Shown: positions 26,521 through 42,000 of the stretch, in pieces
Layout: the number at the start of each line of letters is the position of its first letter
Position numbering within the stretch: the first letter of the stretch is position 1
Source of the DNA: Auanema rhodensis
Lineage: Eukaryota > Animalia > Nematoda
DNA: 64,000 nucleotides
Reading direction: 5' to 3'
Assembly: GCA_964057225.1 (NCBI GenBank)
Contig: OZ059898.1
Span: 18,910,001-18,974,000 of the forward strand
Made by a program: the position numbers and the translations under genes
Notes under the pieces: generated by a model
Database searches by the model: none
Told to the model about the DNA's origin: nothing
What the model saw: the letters and a program-made list of their open reading frames with translations, nothing else

Positions 26521-29500
26521 TGCTAATTAAGTGTACACATGATGTGCACTTGGTATGTAACTCGCTTCACGTCAAAGATAAAGAGATGGGGTTTTCAAAA
26601 TTAGATTCCCCATGTCCATATTAGTCTAAAAACAAATTTTTATTAATATTGGTGCATGGTAACCATGACTTTGAAATTTACGTGAACTTTAATTTATGCT
26701 TATTAAGTGTACACGTGATGTGCACTTGGTATGTAACTCGCTTCACGTGAAAGATAAATGGATGCGGTTTTCAAAATTAGATTCCCCATGCCCATATTAG
26801 TCTAAAAACAAATTTTTATTGATATTGGTGCATGGCAACCATGACTTTAAAATTTACGTGTACTTTAATTTATGCTAATTAAGTGTACACATGATGTGCA
26901 CTTGGTATGTAACTCGCTTCACGTCAAAGATAAAGAGATGCGGTTTTCAAAATTAGATTCTCCATGTCCATATTAGTCTAAAAACAAATTTTTATTAATA
27001 TTGGTGCATGGTAACCATGACTTTGAAATTTACGTGAACTTTAATTTATGCTTATTAAGTGTACACGTGATGTGCACTTGGTATGTAACTCGCTTCACGT
27101 GAAAGATAAAGGGATGCGATTTTCAAAATTAGATTCCCCATGTCCATATTAGTCTAAAAACAAATTATTATTGATATTGGTGCATGGTAACCATGACTTT
27201 AAAATCAACGTGAACTTTAATTTATGCTAATTAAGTGTACACATGATGTGCACTTGGTATGTAACTCGCTTCACGTCAAAGATAAACAGATGCGGTTTTC
27301 AAAATTAGATTCCCCATGTCCATATTAGTCTAAAAACAAATTTTTATTGATATTGGTGCATGGTAACCATGACTTTGAAATTTACGTGAACTTTAATTTA
27401 TGCTAATTAAGTGTACACATGATGTGCACTTGGTATGTAACTCGCTTCACGTGAAAGATAAAGAGATGCGGTTTTCAAAATTAGATTCCGCATGTCCATA
27501 TTAGTCTAAAAACAAATTTTTATTGATATTGGTGCATGGTAACCATGACTTTGAAATTTACGTGAACTTTAATTTATGCTAATTAAGTGTACACGTGATG
27601 TGCACTTGGTATGTAACTCGCTTCACGTGAAAGATAAAGAGATGCGGTTTTCAAAATTAGATTCCCCATGTCCATATTAGTCTAAAAACAAATTCTTATT
27701 GATATTGGTGCATGGTAACCATGACTTTGAAATTTACGTGAACTTTAATTTATGCTAATTAAGTGTACACGTGATGTGCACTTGGTATGTAAGTCGCTTC
27801 ACGTGAAAGATAAAGAGATGCGGTTTTCAAAATTAGATTCCCCATGTCCATATTAGTCCAAAAACAAATTTTTATTGATATTGGTGCATGGCAACCATGA
27901 CTTTAAAATTTACGTGTAATTTAATTTATGCTAATTAAGTGTACACATGATGTGCACTTGGTATGTAACTCGCTTCACGAGAAAGATAAAAAGGTGCGGT
28001 TTTCAAATTTAGATTTCGCGTGTCCATATTAGTCTAAAAACAAATTTTTATTGATATTGGTGCATGGTAACCATGACTTTGAAATTTACGTGAACTTTAA
28101 TTTATGCTAATTAAGTGTACACGTGATGTGCACTTGGTATGTAACTCGCTTCACGTCAAAGATAAACAGATGCGGTTTTCAAAATTAGATTCCCCATGTC
28201 CATATTAGTCCAAAAACAAATTTTTATTGATATTGGTGCATGGCAACCATGACTTTAAAATTTACGTGTACTTTAATTTATGCTAATTAAGTGTACACAT
28301 GATGTGCACTTGGTATGTAACTCGCTTCACGAGAAAGATAAAAAGGTGCGGTTTTCAAATTTAGATTTCGCGTGTCCATATTAGTCTAAAAACAAATTTT
28401 TATTGATATTGGTGCATGGCAACCATGACTTTAAAATTTACGTGTACTTTAATTTATGCTAATTAAGTGTACACATGATGTGCACTTGGTATGTAACTCG
28501 CTTCACGAGAAAGATAAAAAGGTGCGGTTTTCAAATTTAGATTTCGCGTGTCCATATTAGTCTAAAAACAAATTTTTATTGATATTGGTGCATGGTAACC
28601 ATGACTTTGAAATTTACGTGAACTTTAACTTATGCTAATTAAGTGTACACGTGATGTGCACTTGGTATGTAACTCGCTTCACGTGAAAGATAAAGAGATG
28701 AGGTTTTCAAAATTAGATTCCGCATGTCCATATTAGTCTAAAAACAAATTTTTATTGATATTGGTGCATGGTAACCATGACTTTGAAATTTACGTGAACT
28801 TTAATTTATGCTAATTAAGTGTACACGTGATGTGCACTTGGTATGTAACTCGCTTCACAAGAAAGATAAAGAGATGCGGTTTTCAAAATTAGATTCCTCA
28901 TGCCCATATTAGTCTAAAAACAAATTTTTATTGATATTGGTGCATGGCAACCATGACTTTAAAATTTACGTGTACTTTAATTTATGCTAATTAAGTGTAC
29001 ACATGATGTGCACTTGGTATGTAACTCGCTTCATGTGAAAGATAAAGTGATGCGGTTTTCAAAATTAGATTCTCCATGTCCATATTAGTCTAAAAACAAA
29101 TTATTATTGATATTGGTGCATGGTAACCATGACTTTAAAATCAACGTGAACTTTAATTTATGCTAATTAAGTGTATACATGATGTGCACTTGGTATGTAA
29201 CTCGCTTCACGTCAAAGATAAACAGATGCGGTTTTCAAAATTAGATTCCTCATGTCCATATTAGTCTAAAAACAAATTTTTATTGATATTGGTGCATGGT
29301 AACCATGACTTTGAAATTTACGTGAACTTTAATTTATGCTAATTAAGTGTACACGTGATGTGCACTTGGTATGTAACTCGCTTCACAAGAAAGATAAAGA
29401 GATGCGGTTTTCAAAATTAGATTCCCCATGTCCATATTAGTCCAAAAACAAATTTTTATTGATATTGGTGCATGGCAACCATGACTTTAAAATTTACGTG

Positions 29501-32500
29501 TACTTTAATTTATGCTAATTAAGTGTACACATGATGTGCACTTGGTATGTAACTCGCTTCACGAGAAAGATAAAAAGGTGCGGTTTTCAAATTTAGATTT
29601 CGCGTGTCCATATTAGTCTAAAAACAAATTTTTATTGATATTGGTGCATGGTAACCATGACTTTGAAATTTACGTGAACTTTAATTTATGCTAATTAAGT
29701 GTACACGTGATGTGCTTTTGGTATGTAACTCGCTTCACGTGAAAGATAAAGAGATGCGGTTTTCAAAATTAGATTCCCCATGTCCATGTTAGTCCAAAAA
29801 CAAATTTTTATTGATATTGGTGCATGGCAACCATGACTTTAAAATTTACGTGTACTTTAATTTATGCTAATTAAGTGTACACATGATGTGCACTTGGTAT
29901 GTAACTCGCTTCACGAGAAAGATAAAAAGGTGCGGTTTTCAAATTTAGATTTCGCGTGTCCATATTAGTCTAAAAACAAATTTTTATTGATATTGGTGCA
30001 TGGCAACCATGACTTTAAAATTTACGTGTACTTTAATTTATGCTAATTAAGTGTACACATGATGTGCACTTGGTATGTAACTCGCTTCACAAGAAAGATA
30101 AAGAGATGCGGTTTTCAAAATTAGATTCCTCATGCCCATATTAGTCTAAAAACAAATTTTTATTGATATTGGTGCATGGTAACCATGACTTTGAAATTTA
30201 CGTGAACTTTAATTTATGCTAATTAAGTGTACACGTGATGTGCACTTGGTATGTAACTCGCTTCACAAGAAAGATAAAGAGATGCGGTTTTCAAAATTAG
30301 ATTCCTCATGCCCATATTAGTCTAAAAACAAATTTTTATTGATATTGGTGCATGGCAACCATGACTTTAAAATTTACGTGTACTTTAATTTATGCTAATT
30401 AAGTGTACACATGATGTGCACTTGGTATGTAACTCGCTTCACGTGAAAGATAAAGTGATGCGGTTTTCAAAATTAGATTCCGCATGTCCATATTAGTCTA
30501 AAAACAAATTTTTATTGATATTGGTGCATGGCAACCATGACTTTAAAATTTACGTGTACTTTAATTTATGCTAATTAAGTGTACACATGATGTGCACTTG
30601 GTATGTAACTCGCTTCACGTCAAAGATAAAGAGATGGGGTTTTCAAAATTAGATTCCCCATGTCCATATTAGTCTAAAAACAAATTTTTATTAATATTGG
30701 TGCATGGTAACCATGACTTTGAAATTTACGTGAACTTTAATTTATGCTTATTAAGTGTACACGTGATGTGCACTTGGTATGTAACTCGCTTCACGTGAAA
30801 GATAAATGGATGCGGTTTTCAAAATTAGATTCCCCATGCCCATATTAGTCTAAAAACAAATTTTTATTGATATTGGTGCATGGCAACCATGACTTTAAAA
30901 TTTACGTGTACTTTAATTTATGCTAATTAAGTGTACACATGATGTGCACTTGGTATGTAACTCGCTTCACGTCAAAGATAAAGAGATGCGGTTTTCAAAA
31001 TTAGATTCTCCATGTCCATATTAGTCTAAAAACAAATTTTTATTAATATTGGTGCATGGTAACCATGACTTTGAAATTTACGTGAACTTTAATTTATGCT
31101 TATTAAGTGTACACGTGATGTGCACTTGGTATGTAACTCGCTTCACGTGAAAGATAAAGGGATGCGATTTTCAAAATTAGATTCCCCATGTCCATATTAG
31201 TCTTAAAACAAATTATTATTGATATTGGTGCATGGTAACCATGACTTTAAAATCAACGTGAACTTTAATTTATGCTAATTAAGTGTACACATGATGTGCA
31301 CTTGGTATGTAACTCGCTTCACGTCAAAGATAAACAGATGCGGTTTTCAAAATTAGATTCCCCATGTCCATATTAGTCTAAAAACAAATTTTTATTGATA
31401 TTGGTGCATGGCAACCATGACTTTAAAATTTACGTGTACTTTAATTTATGCTAATTAAGTGTACACATGATGTGCACTTGGTATGTAACTCGCTTCACGT
31501 CAAAGATAAAGAGATGCGGTTTTCAAAATTAGATTCTCCATGTCCATATTAGTCTAAAAACAAATTTTTATTAATATTGGTGCATGGTAACCATGACTTT
31601 GAAATTTACGTGAACTTTAATTTATGCTTATTAAGTGTACACGTGATGTGCACTTGGTATGTAACTCGCTTCACGTGAAAGATAAAGGGATGCGATTTTC
31701 AAAATTAGATTCCCCATGTCCATATTAGTCTAAAAACAAATTATTATTGATATTGGTGCATGGTAACCATGACTTTAAAATCAACGTGAACTTTAATTTA
31801 TGCTAATTAAGTGTACACATGATGTGCACTTGGTATGTAACTCGCTTCACGTCAAAGATAAACAGATGCGGTTTTCAAAATTAGATTCCCCATGTCCATA
31901 TTAGTCTAAAAACAAATTTTTATTGATATTGGTGCATGGTAACCATGACTTTGAAATTTACGTGAACTTTAATTTATGCTAATCAAGTGTACACATGATG
32001 TGCACTTGGTATGTAACTCGCTTCACGTGAAAGATAAAGAGATGCGGTTTTCAAAATTAGATTCCGCATGTCCATATTAGTCTAAAAACAAATTTTTATT
32101 GATATTGGTGCATGGTAACCATGACTTTGAAATTTACGTGAACTTTAATTTATGCTAATTAAGTGTACACGTGATGTGCACTTGGAATGTAACTCGCTTC
32201 ACGTGAAAGATAAAGAGATGCGGTTTTCAAAATTAGATTCCCCATGTCCATATCAGTCTAAAAACAAATTTTTATTGATATTGGTGCATGGCAACCATGA
32301 CTTTGAAATTTACGTGAACTTTAATTTATGCTAATTAAGTGTACACGTGATGTGCACTTGGTATGTAACTTGCTTCACGTGAAAGATGAAGAGATGCGGT
32401 TTTCAAAAATAGATTCCCCATGTCCATATTAGTCTAAAAACAAATTTTTATTGATATTGGTGCATGGTAACCATGACTTTGAAATTTACGTGAACTTTAA

Positions 32501-32679
32501 TTTATGCTAATTAAGTGTACACGTGATGTGCACTTGGTATGTAACTCGCTTCACGTGAAAGATAAAGAGATGCGGTTTTCAAAATTAGATTCCCCATGTC
32601 CATATTAGTCTAAAAACAAATTCTTATTGATATTGGTGCATGGTAACCATGACTTTGAAATTTACGTGAACTTTAATTT

Positions 32680-35600
32680 ATGCTAATTAAGTGTACACGT
32701 GATGTGCACTTGGTATGTAAGTCGCTTCACGTGAAAGATAAAGAGATGCGGTTTTCAAAATTAGATTCCCCATGTCCATATTAGTCCAAAAACAAATTTT
32801 TATTGATATTGGTGCATGGCAACCATGACTTTAAAATTTACGTGTACTTTAATTTATGCTAATTAAGTGTACACATGATGTGCACTTGGTATGTAACTCG
32901 CTTCACGAGAAAGATAAAAAGGTGCGGTTTTCAAATTTAGATTTCGCGTGTCCAAATTAGTCTAAAAACAAATTTTTATTGATATTGGTGCATGGTAACC
33001 ATGACTTTGAAATTTACGTGAACTTTAATTTATGCTAATTAAGTGTACACGTGATGTGCACTTGGTATGTAACTCGCTTCACGTGAAAGATAAAGAGATG
33101 CGGTTTTCAAAATTAGATTCCCCATGTCCATATTAGTCCAAAAACAAATTTTTATTGATATTGGTGCATGGCAACCATGACTTTAAAATTTACGTGTACT
33201 TTAATTTATGCTAATTAAGTGTACACATGATGTGCACTTGGTATGTAACTCGCTTCACGAGAAAGATAAAAAGGTGCGGTTTTCAAATTTAGATTTCGCG
33301 TGTCCATATTAGTCTAAAAACAAATTTTTATTGATATTGGTGCATGGCAACCATGACTTTAAAATTTACGTGTACTTTAATTTATGCTAATTAAGTGTAC
33401 ACATGATGTGCACTTGGTATGTAACTCGCTTCACGAGAAAGATAAAAAGGTGCGGTTTTCAAATTTAGATTTCGCGTGTCCATATTAGTCTAAAAACAAA
33501 TTTTTATTGATATTGGTGCATGGTAACCATGACTTTGAAATTTACGTGAACTTTAATTTATGCTAATTAAGTGTACACGTGATGTGCACTTGGTATGTAA
33601 CTCGCTTCACGTGAAAGATAAAGAGATGCGGTTTTCAAAATTAGATTCCGCATGTCCATATTAGTCTAAAAACAAATTTTTATTGATATTGGTGCATGGT
33701 AACCATGACTTTGAAATTTACGTGAACTTTAATTTATGCTAATTAAGTGTACACGTGATGTGCACTTGGTATGTAACTCGCTTCACAAGAAAGATAAAGA
33801 GATACGGTTTTCAAAATTAGATTCCTCATGCCCATATTAGTCTAAAAACAAATTTTTATTGATATTGGTGCATGGCAACCATGACTTTAAAATTTACGTG
33901 TACTTTAATTTATGCTAATTAAGTGTACACATGATGTGCACTTGGTATGTAACTCGCTTCACGTGAAAGATAAAGTGATGCGGTTTTCAAAATTAGATTC
34001 TCCATGTCCATATTAGTCTAAAAACAAATTATTATTGATATTGGTGCATGGTAACCATGACTTTAAAATCAACGTGAACTTTAATTTATGCTAATTAAGT
34101 GTACACATGATGTGCACTTGGTATGTAACTCGCTTCACGTCAAAGATAAACAGATGCGGTTTTCAAAATTAGATTCCTCATGTCCATATTAGTCTAAAAA
34201 CAAATTTTTATTGATATTGGTGCATGGTAACCATGACTTTGAAATTTACGTGAACTTTAATTTATGCTAATTAAGTGTACACGTGATGTGCACTTGGTAT
34301 GTAAGTCGCTTCACGTGAAAGATAAAGAGATGCGGTTTTCAAAATTAGATTCCCCATGTCCATATTAGTCCAAAAACAAATTTTTATTGATATTGGTGCA
34401 TGGCAACCATGACTTTAAAATTTACGTGTACTTTAATTTATGCTAATTAAGTGTACACATGATGTGCACTTGGTATGTAACTCGCTTCACGAGAAAGATA
34501 AAAAGGTGCGGTTTTCAAATTTAGATTTCGCGTGTCCATATTAGTCTAAAAACAAATTTTTATTGATATTGGTGCATGGTAACCATGACTTTGAAATTTA
34601 CGTGAACTTTAATTTATGCTAATTAAGTGTACACGTGATGTGCACTTGGTATGTAACTCGCTTCACGTGAAAGATAAAGAGATGCGGTTTTCAAAATTAG
34701 ATTCCCCATGTCCATATTAGTCCAAAAACAAATTTTTATTGATATTGGTGCATGGCAACCATGACTTTAAAATTTACGTGTACTTTAATTTATGCTAATT
34801 AAGTGTACACATGATGTGCACTTGGTATGTAACTCGCTTCACGAGAAAGATAAAAAGGTGCGGTTTTCAAATTTAGATTTCGCGTGTCCATATTAGTCTA
34901 AAAACAAATTTTTATTGATATTGGTGCATGGCAACCATGACTTTAAAATTTACGTGTACTTTAATTTATGCTAATTAAGTGTACACATGATGTGCACTTG
35001 GTATGTAACTCGCTTCACGAGAAAGATAAAAAGGTGCGGTTTTCAAATTTAGATTTCGCGTGTCCATATTAGTCTAAAAACAAATTTTTATTGATATTGG
35101 TGCATGGTAACCATGACTTTGAAATTTACGTGAACTTTAATTTATGCTAATTAAGTGTACACGTGATGTGCACTTGGTATGTAACTCGCTTCACGTGAAA
35201 GATAAAGAGATGCGGTTTTCAAAATTAGATTCCGCATGTCCATATTAGTCTAAAAACAAATTTTTATTGATATTGGTGCATGGTAACCATGACTTTGAAA
35301 TTTACGTGAACTTTAATTTATGCTAATTAAGTGTACACGTGATGTGCACTTGGTATGTAACTCGCTTCACAAGAAAGATAAAGAGATACGGTTTTCAAAA
35401 TTAGATTCCTCATGCCCATATTAGTCTAAAAACAAATTTTTATTGATATTGGTGCATGGCAACCATGACTTTAAAATTTACGTGTACTTTAATTTATGCT
35501 AATTAAGTGTACACATGATGTGCACTTGGTATGTAACTCGCTTCACGTGAAAGATAAAGTGATGCGGTTTTCAAAATTAGATTCTCCATGTCCATATTAG

Positions 35601-35850
35601 TCTAAAAACAAATTATTATTGATATTGGTGCATGGTAACCATGACTTTAAAATCAACGTGAACTTTAATTTATGCTAATTAAGTGTACACATGATGTGCA
35701 CTTGGTATGTAACTCGCTTCACGTCAAAGATAAACAGATGCGGTTTTCAAAATTAGATTCCTCATGTCCATATTAGTCTAAAAACAAATTTTTATTGATA
35801 TTGGTGCATGGTAACCATGACTTTGAAATTTACGTGAACTTTAATTTATG
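32680..35850. repeat. 9-monomer (1584 bp) tandem duplication
   Basis: AAGTCG 32719/34303 and private GATACGG 33801/35385. A related, more diverged copy starts near 27750 (AAGTCG 27791). Confidence 0.86.
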
Positions 35851-38800
35851 CTAATTAAGTGTACACATGATGTGCACTTGGTATGTAACTCGCTTCACGT
35901 GAAAGATAAAGAGATGCGGTTTTCAAAATTAGATTCCGCATGTCCATATTAGTCTAAAAACAAATTTTTATTGATATTGGTGCATGGTAACCATGACTTT
36001 GAAATTTACGTGAACTTTAATTTATGCTAATTAAGTGTACACGTGATGTGCACTTGGTATGTAACTCGCTTCACGTGAAAGATAAAGAGATGCGGTTTTC
36101 AAAATTAGATTCCCCATGTCCATATTAGTCTAAAAACAAATTTTTATTGATATTGGTGCATGGCAACCATGACTTTAAAATTTACGTGTACTTTAATTTA
36201 TGCTAATTAAGTGTACACATGATGTGCACTTGGTATGTAACTCGCTTCACGAGAAAGATAAAAAGGTGCGGTTTTCAAATTTAGATTTCGCGTGTCCATA
36301 TTAGTCTAAAAACAAATTTTTATTGATATTGGTGCATGGTAACCATGACTTTGAAATTTACGTGAACTTTAATTTATGCTTATTAAGTGTACACGTGATG
36401 TGCACTTGGTATGTAACTCGCTTCACGTGAAAGATAAAGGGATGCGATTTTCAAAATTAGATTCCCCATGTCCATATTAGTCTAAAAACAAATTATTATT
36501 GATATTGGTGCATGGTAACCATGACTTTAAAATCAACGTGAACTTTAATTTATGCTAATTAAGTGTACACATGATGTGCACTTGGTATGTAACTCGCTTC
36601 ACGTCAAAGATAAACAGATGCGGTTTTCAAAATTAGATTCCCCATGTCCATATTAGTCTAAAAACAAATTTTTATTGATATTGGTGCATGGTAACCATGA
36701 CTTTGAAATTTACGTGAACTTTAATTTATGCTAATTAAGTGTACACATGATGTGCACTTGGTATGTAACTCGCTTCACGTGAAAGATAAAGAGATGCGGT
36801 TTTCAAAATTAGATTCCGCATGTCCATATTAGTCTAAAAACAAATTATTATTGATATTGGTGCATGGTAACCATGACTTTAAAATCAACGTGAACTTTAA
36901 TTTATGCTAATTAAGTGTACACATGATGTGCACTTGGTATGTAACTCGCTTCACGTCAAAGATAAACAGATGCGGTTTTCAAAATTAGATTCCCCATGTC
37001 CATATTAGTCTAAAAACAAATTTTTATTGATATTGGTTCATGGTAACCATGTCTTTGAAATTTACGTGAACTTTAATTCATGCTAATTAAATGTACACGT
37101 GATGTGCACTTGGTATGTAACTCGCTTCACGTGGAAGATAAAGAGATGCGGTTGCAAAATTAGATTCCCCATGTCCATATTAGTCTAAAAACAAATTTTT
37201 ATTGATATTGGTTCATGGTAACCATGACTTTGAAATTTACGTGAACTTTAATTTATGCTAATTAAATGTACACGTGATGGGGACTTGGTATGTAACTCGC
37301 TTCACGTGAAAGAAAAAGAGATGCGGTTTCCAAAATTAGATTCCCCATGTCCATATTAGTCTCAAAACAAATTTTTATTGATATTGGTTCATGGTAACCA
37401 TGTCTTTGAAATTTACGTGAACTTTAATTTATGCTAATTAAATGTACACGTGATGTGCACTTGGTATGTAACTCGCTTCACGTGAAAGATAAAGAGATGA
37501 GGTTTTCAAAATTAGATTCCCCATGTCCATATTAGTCTAAAAACAAATTTTTATTGATATTGGTGCATGGTAACCATGACTTTGAAATTTACGTGAACTT
37601 TAATTTATGCTAATTAAATGTACACGTGATGTGCACTTGGTATGTAACTCGCTTCACGTGAAAGATAAAGAGATGCGGTTTTCAAAATTAGATTCCGCAT
37701 GTCCATATTAGTCTAAAAACAAATTTTTATTGATATTGGTTCATGGTAACCATGACTTTGAAATTTACGTGAACTTTAATTTATGCTAATTAAATGTACA
37801 CGTGATGTGCACTTGGTATGTAACTCGCTTCACGTGAAAGATAAAGAGATGCGGTTTTCAAAATTAGATTCCGCATGTCCATATTAGTCTAAAAACAAAT
37901 TTTTATTGATATTGGTGCATGGTAACCATGACTTTGAAATTTACGTGAACTTTAATTTATGCTAATTAAATGTACACGTGATGTGCACTTGGTATGTAAC
38001 TCGCTTCACGTGAAAGATAAAGAGATGCGGTTTTCAAAATTAGATTCCCCATGTCCATATTAGTCTAAAAACAAATTTTTATTGATATTGGTGCATGGTA
38101 ACCATGACTTTGAAATTTACGTGAACTTTAATTTATGCTAATTAAATGTACACGTGATGTGCACTTGGTATGTAACTCGCTTCACGTGAAAGATAAAGAG
38201 ATGAGGTTTTCAAAATTAGATTCCCCATGTCCATATCAGTCTAAAAACAAATTTTTATTGATATTGGTTCATGGTAACCATGTCTTTGAAATTTACGTGA
38301 ACTTTAATTCATGCTAATTAAATGTACACGTGATGTGCACTTGGTATGTAACTCGCTTCACGTGAAAGATAAAGAGATGTGGTTGCAAAATTAGATTCCC
38401 CATGTCCATATTAGTCTAAAAACAAATTTTTATTGATATTGGTTCATGGTAACCATGACTTTGAAATTTACGTGAACTTTAATTTATGCTAATTAAATGT
38501 ACACGTGATGTGCACTTGGTATGTAACTCGCTTCACGTGAAAGATAAAGAGATGCGGTTTTCAAAATTAGATTCCCCATGTCCATATTAGTCTCAAAACA
38601 AATTTTTATTGATATTGGTGCATGGTAACCATGACTTTGAAATTTACGTGAACTTTAATTTATGCTAATTAAATGTACACGTGATGTGCACTTGGTATGT
38701 AACTCGCTTCACGTGAAAGATAAAGAGATGCGGTTTTCAAAATTAGATTCCCCATGTCCATATTAGTCTAAAAACAAATTTTTATTGATATTGGTTCATG

Positions 38801-39013
38801 GTAACCATGACTTTGAAATTTACGTGAACTTTAATTTATGCTAATTAAATGTACACGTGATGTGCACTTGGTATGGAACTCGCTTCACGTGAAAGATAAA
38901 GAGATGCGGTTTTCAAAATTAGATTCCCCATGTCCATATCAGTCTAAAAACAGATCTTTATTGATATTGGTTCATGGTAACCATGACTTTGAAATTTACG
39001 TGAATTTTAATTT

Positions 39014-42000
39014 ATGCTAATTAAATGTACACGTGATGTGCACTTGATATGTAACTCGCTTCACGTGAAAGATAAAGAGATGCGGTTTTCGAAATTAGAT
39101 TCCTCATGTCCATATCAGTCTAAAAACAGATCTTTATTGATATTGGTTCATGGTAACCATGACTTTGAAATTTACGTGAACTTTAATTTATGCTAATTAA
39201 ATGTACACGTAATGTGCACTTGGTATGTAACTCGCTTCACGTGAAAAATAAAGAGATGCGGTTTTCAAAATTAGATTCCCCATGTCCATATTAGTCTAAA
39301 AACAGATTTTTATTGATATTGGTTCATGGTAACCATGTCTTTGAAATTTACGTGAACTTTAATTCATGCTAATTAAATGTACACGTGATGTGCACTTGGT
39401 ATGTAACTCGCTTCACGTGAAAGATAAAGAGATGTGGTTGCAAAATTAGATTCCCCATGTCCATATTAGTCTAAAAACAAATTTTTATTGATATTGGTTC
39501 ATGGTAACCATGACTTTGAAATTTACGTGAACTTTAATTTATGCTAATTAAATGTACACGTGATGTGCACTTGGTATGTAACTCGCTTCACGTGAAAGAT
39601 AAAGAGATGCGGTTTTCAAAATTAGATTCCCCATGTCCATATTAGTCTCAAAACAAATTTTTATTGATATTGGTTCATGGTAACCATGTCTTTGAAATTT
39701 ACGTGAACTTTAATTTATGCTAATTAAATGTACACGTGATGTGCACTTGGTATGTAACTCGCTTCACGTGAAAGATAAAGAGATGCGGTGTTCAAAATTA
39801 GATTCCCCATGTCCATATTAGTCGAAAAACAAATTTTTATTGATATTGGTGCATGGTAACCATGACTTTGAAATTTACGTGAACTTTAATTTATGCTAAT
39901 TAAATGTACACGTGATGTGCACTTGGTATGTAACTCGCTTCACGTGAAAGATAAAGAGATGCGGTTTTCAAAATTAGATTCCCCATGTCCATATCAGTCT
40001 AAAAACAGATCTTTATTGATATTGGTTCATGGTAACCATGACTTTGAAATTTACGTGAATTTTAATTTATGCTAATTAAATGTACACGTGATGTGCACTT
40101 GATAAGTAACTCGCTTCACGTGAAAGATAAAGAGATGCGGTTTTGGAAATTAGATTCCTCATGTCCATATTAGTCTAAAAACAAATTTTTATTGATATTG
40201 GTTCATGGTAACCATGACTTTGAAATTCACGTGAACTTTAATTTATGCTAATTAAATGTACACGTGATGTGCACTTGGTATGTAACTCGCTTCACGTGAA
40301 AGATAAAGAGATGTGGTTGCAAAATTAGATTCCCCATGTCCATATTAGTCTAAAAACAAATTTTTATTGATATTGGTTCATGGTAACCATGACTTTGAAA
40401 TTTACGTGAACTTTAATTTATGCTAATTAAACGTACACGTGATGTGCACTTGGTATGTAACTCGCTTCACGTGAAAGATAAAGAGATGCGGTTTTCAAAA
40501 TTAGATTCCCCATGTCCATATTAGTCTCAAAACAAATTTTTATTGATATTGGTTCATGGTAACCATGTCTTTGAAATTTACGTGAACTTTAATTTATGCT
40601 AATTAAATGTACACGTGATGTGCACTTGGTATGTAACTCGCTTCACGTGAAAGATAAAGAGATGCGGTGTTCAAAATTAGATTCCCCATGTCCATATTAG
40701 TCGAAAAACAAATTTTTATTGATATTGGTGCATGGTAACCATGACTTTGAAATTTACGTGAACTTTAATTTATGCTAATTAAATGTACACGTGATGTGCA
40801 CTTGGTATGTAACTCGCTTCACGTGAAAGATAAAGAGATGCGGTTTTCAAAATTAGATTCCCCATGTCCATATCAGTCTAAAAACAGATCTTTATTGATA
40901 TTGGTTCATGGTAACCATGACTTTGAAATTTACGTGAATTTTAATTTATGCTAATTAAATGTACACGTGATGTGCACTTGATATGTAACTCGCTTCACGT
41001 GAAAGATAAAGAGATGCGGTTTTCGAAATTAGATTCCTCATGTCCATATTAGTCTAAAAACAAATTTTTATTGATATTGGTTCATGGTAACCATGACTTT
41101 GAAATTCACGTGAACTTTAATTTATGCTAATTAAATGTGCACGTGATGTGCACTTGGTATGTAACTCGCTTCACGTGAAAGATAAAGAGATGTGGTTTTC
41201 AAAATTAGATTCCCCATGTCCATATTAGTCTAAAAACAGATTTTTATTGATATTGGTTCATGGTAACCATGTCTTTGAAATTTACGTGAACTTTAATTCA
41301 TGCTAATTAAATGTACACGTGATGTGCACTTGGTATGTAACTCGCTTCACGTGAAAGATAAAGAGATGCGGTTGCAAAATTAGATTCCCCATGTCCATAT
41401 TAGTCTAAAAACAAATTTTTATTGATATTGGTTCATGGTAACCATGACTTTGAAATTTACGTGAACTTTAATTTATGCTAATTAAATGTACACGTGATGT
41501 GGACTTGGTATGTAACTCGCTTCACGTGAAAGAAAAAGAGATGCGGTTTCCAAAATTAGATTCCCCATGTCCATATTAGTCTCAAAACAAATTTTTATTG
41601 ATATTGGTTCATGGTAACCATGTCTTTGAAATTTACGTGAACTTTAATTTATGCTAATTAAATGTACACGTGATGTGCACTTGGTATGTAACTCGCTTCA
41701 CGTGAAAGATAAAGAGGTGAGGTTTTCAAAATTAGATTCCCCATGTTCATATTAGTCTAAAAACAAATTTTTATTGATATTGGTTCATGGTAACCATGAC
41801 TTTGAAATTTACGTGAACTTTAATTTATGCTAATTAAATGTACACGTGATGTGCACTTGGTATGTAACTCGCTTCACGTGAAAGATAAAGAGATGCGGTG
41901 TTCAAAATTAGATTTCCCATGTCCATATTAGTCGAAAAACGAATTTTTATTGATATTGGTGCATGGTAACCATGACTTTGAAATTTACGTGAACTTTAAT

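Larger units (their letters stand above)
18600..37079. repeat. Subfamily G domain 2
   Basis: TTAAGTGTA monomers with the same G-type allele set plus local alleles (GTGCTTTT, CATGTTAG, AAATTATT/AAATCAAC, GTCAAAGATAAACAG). Confidence 0.93.
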
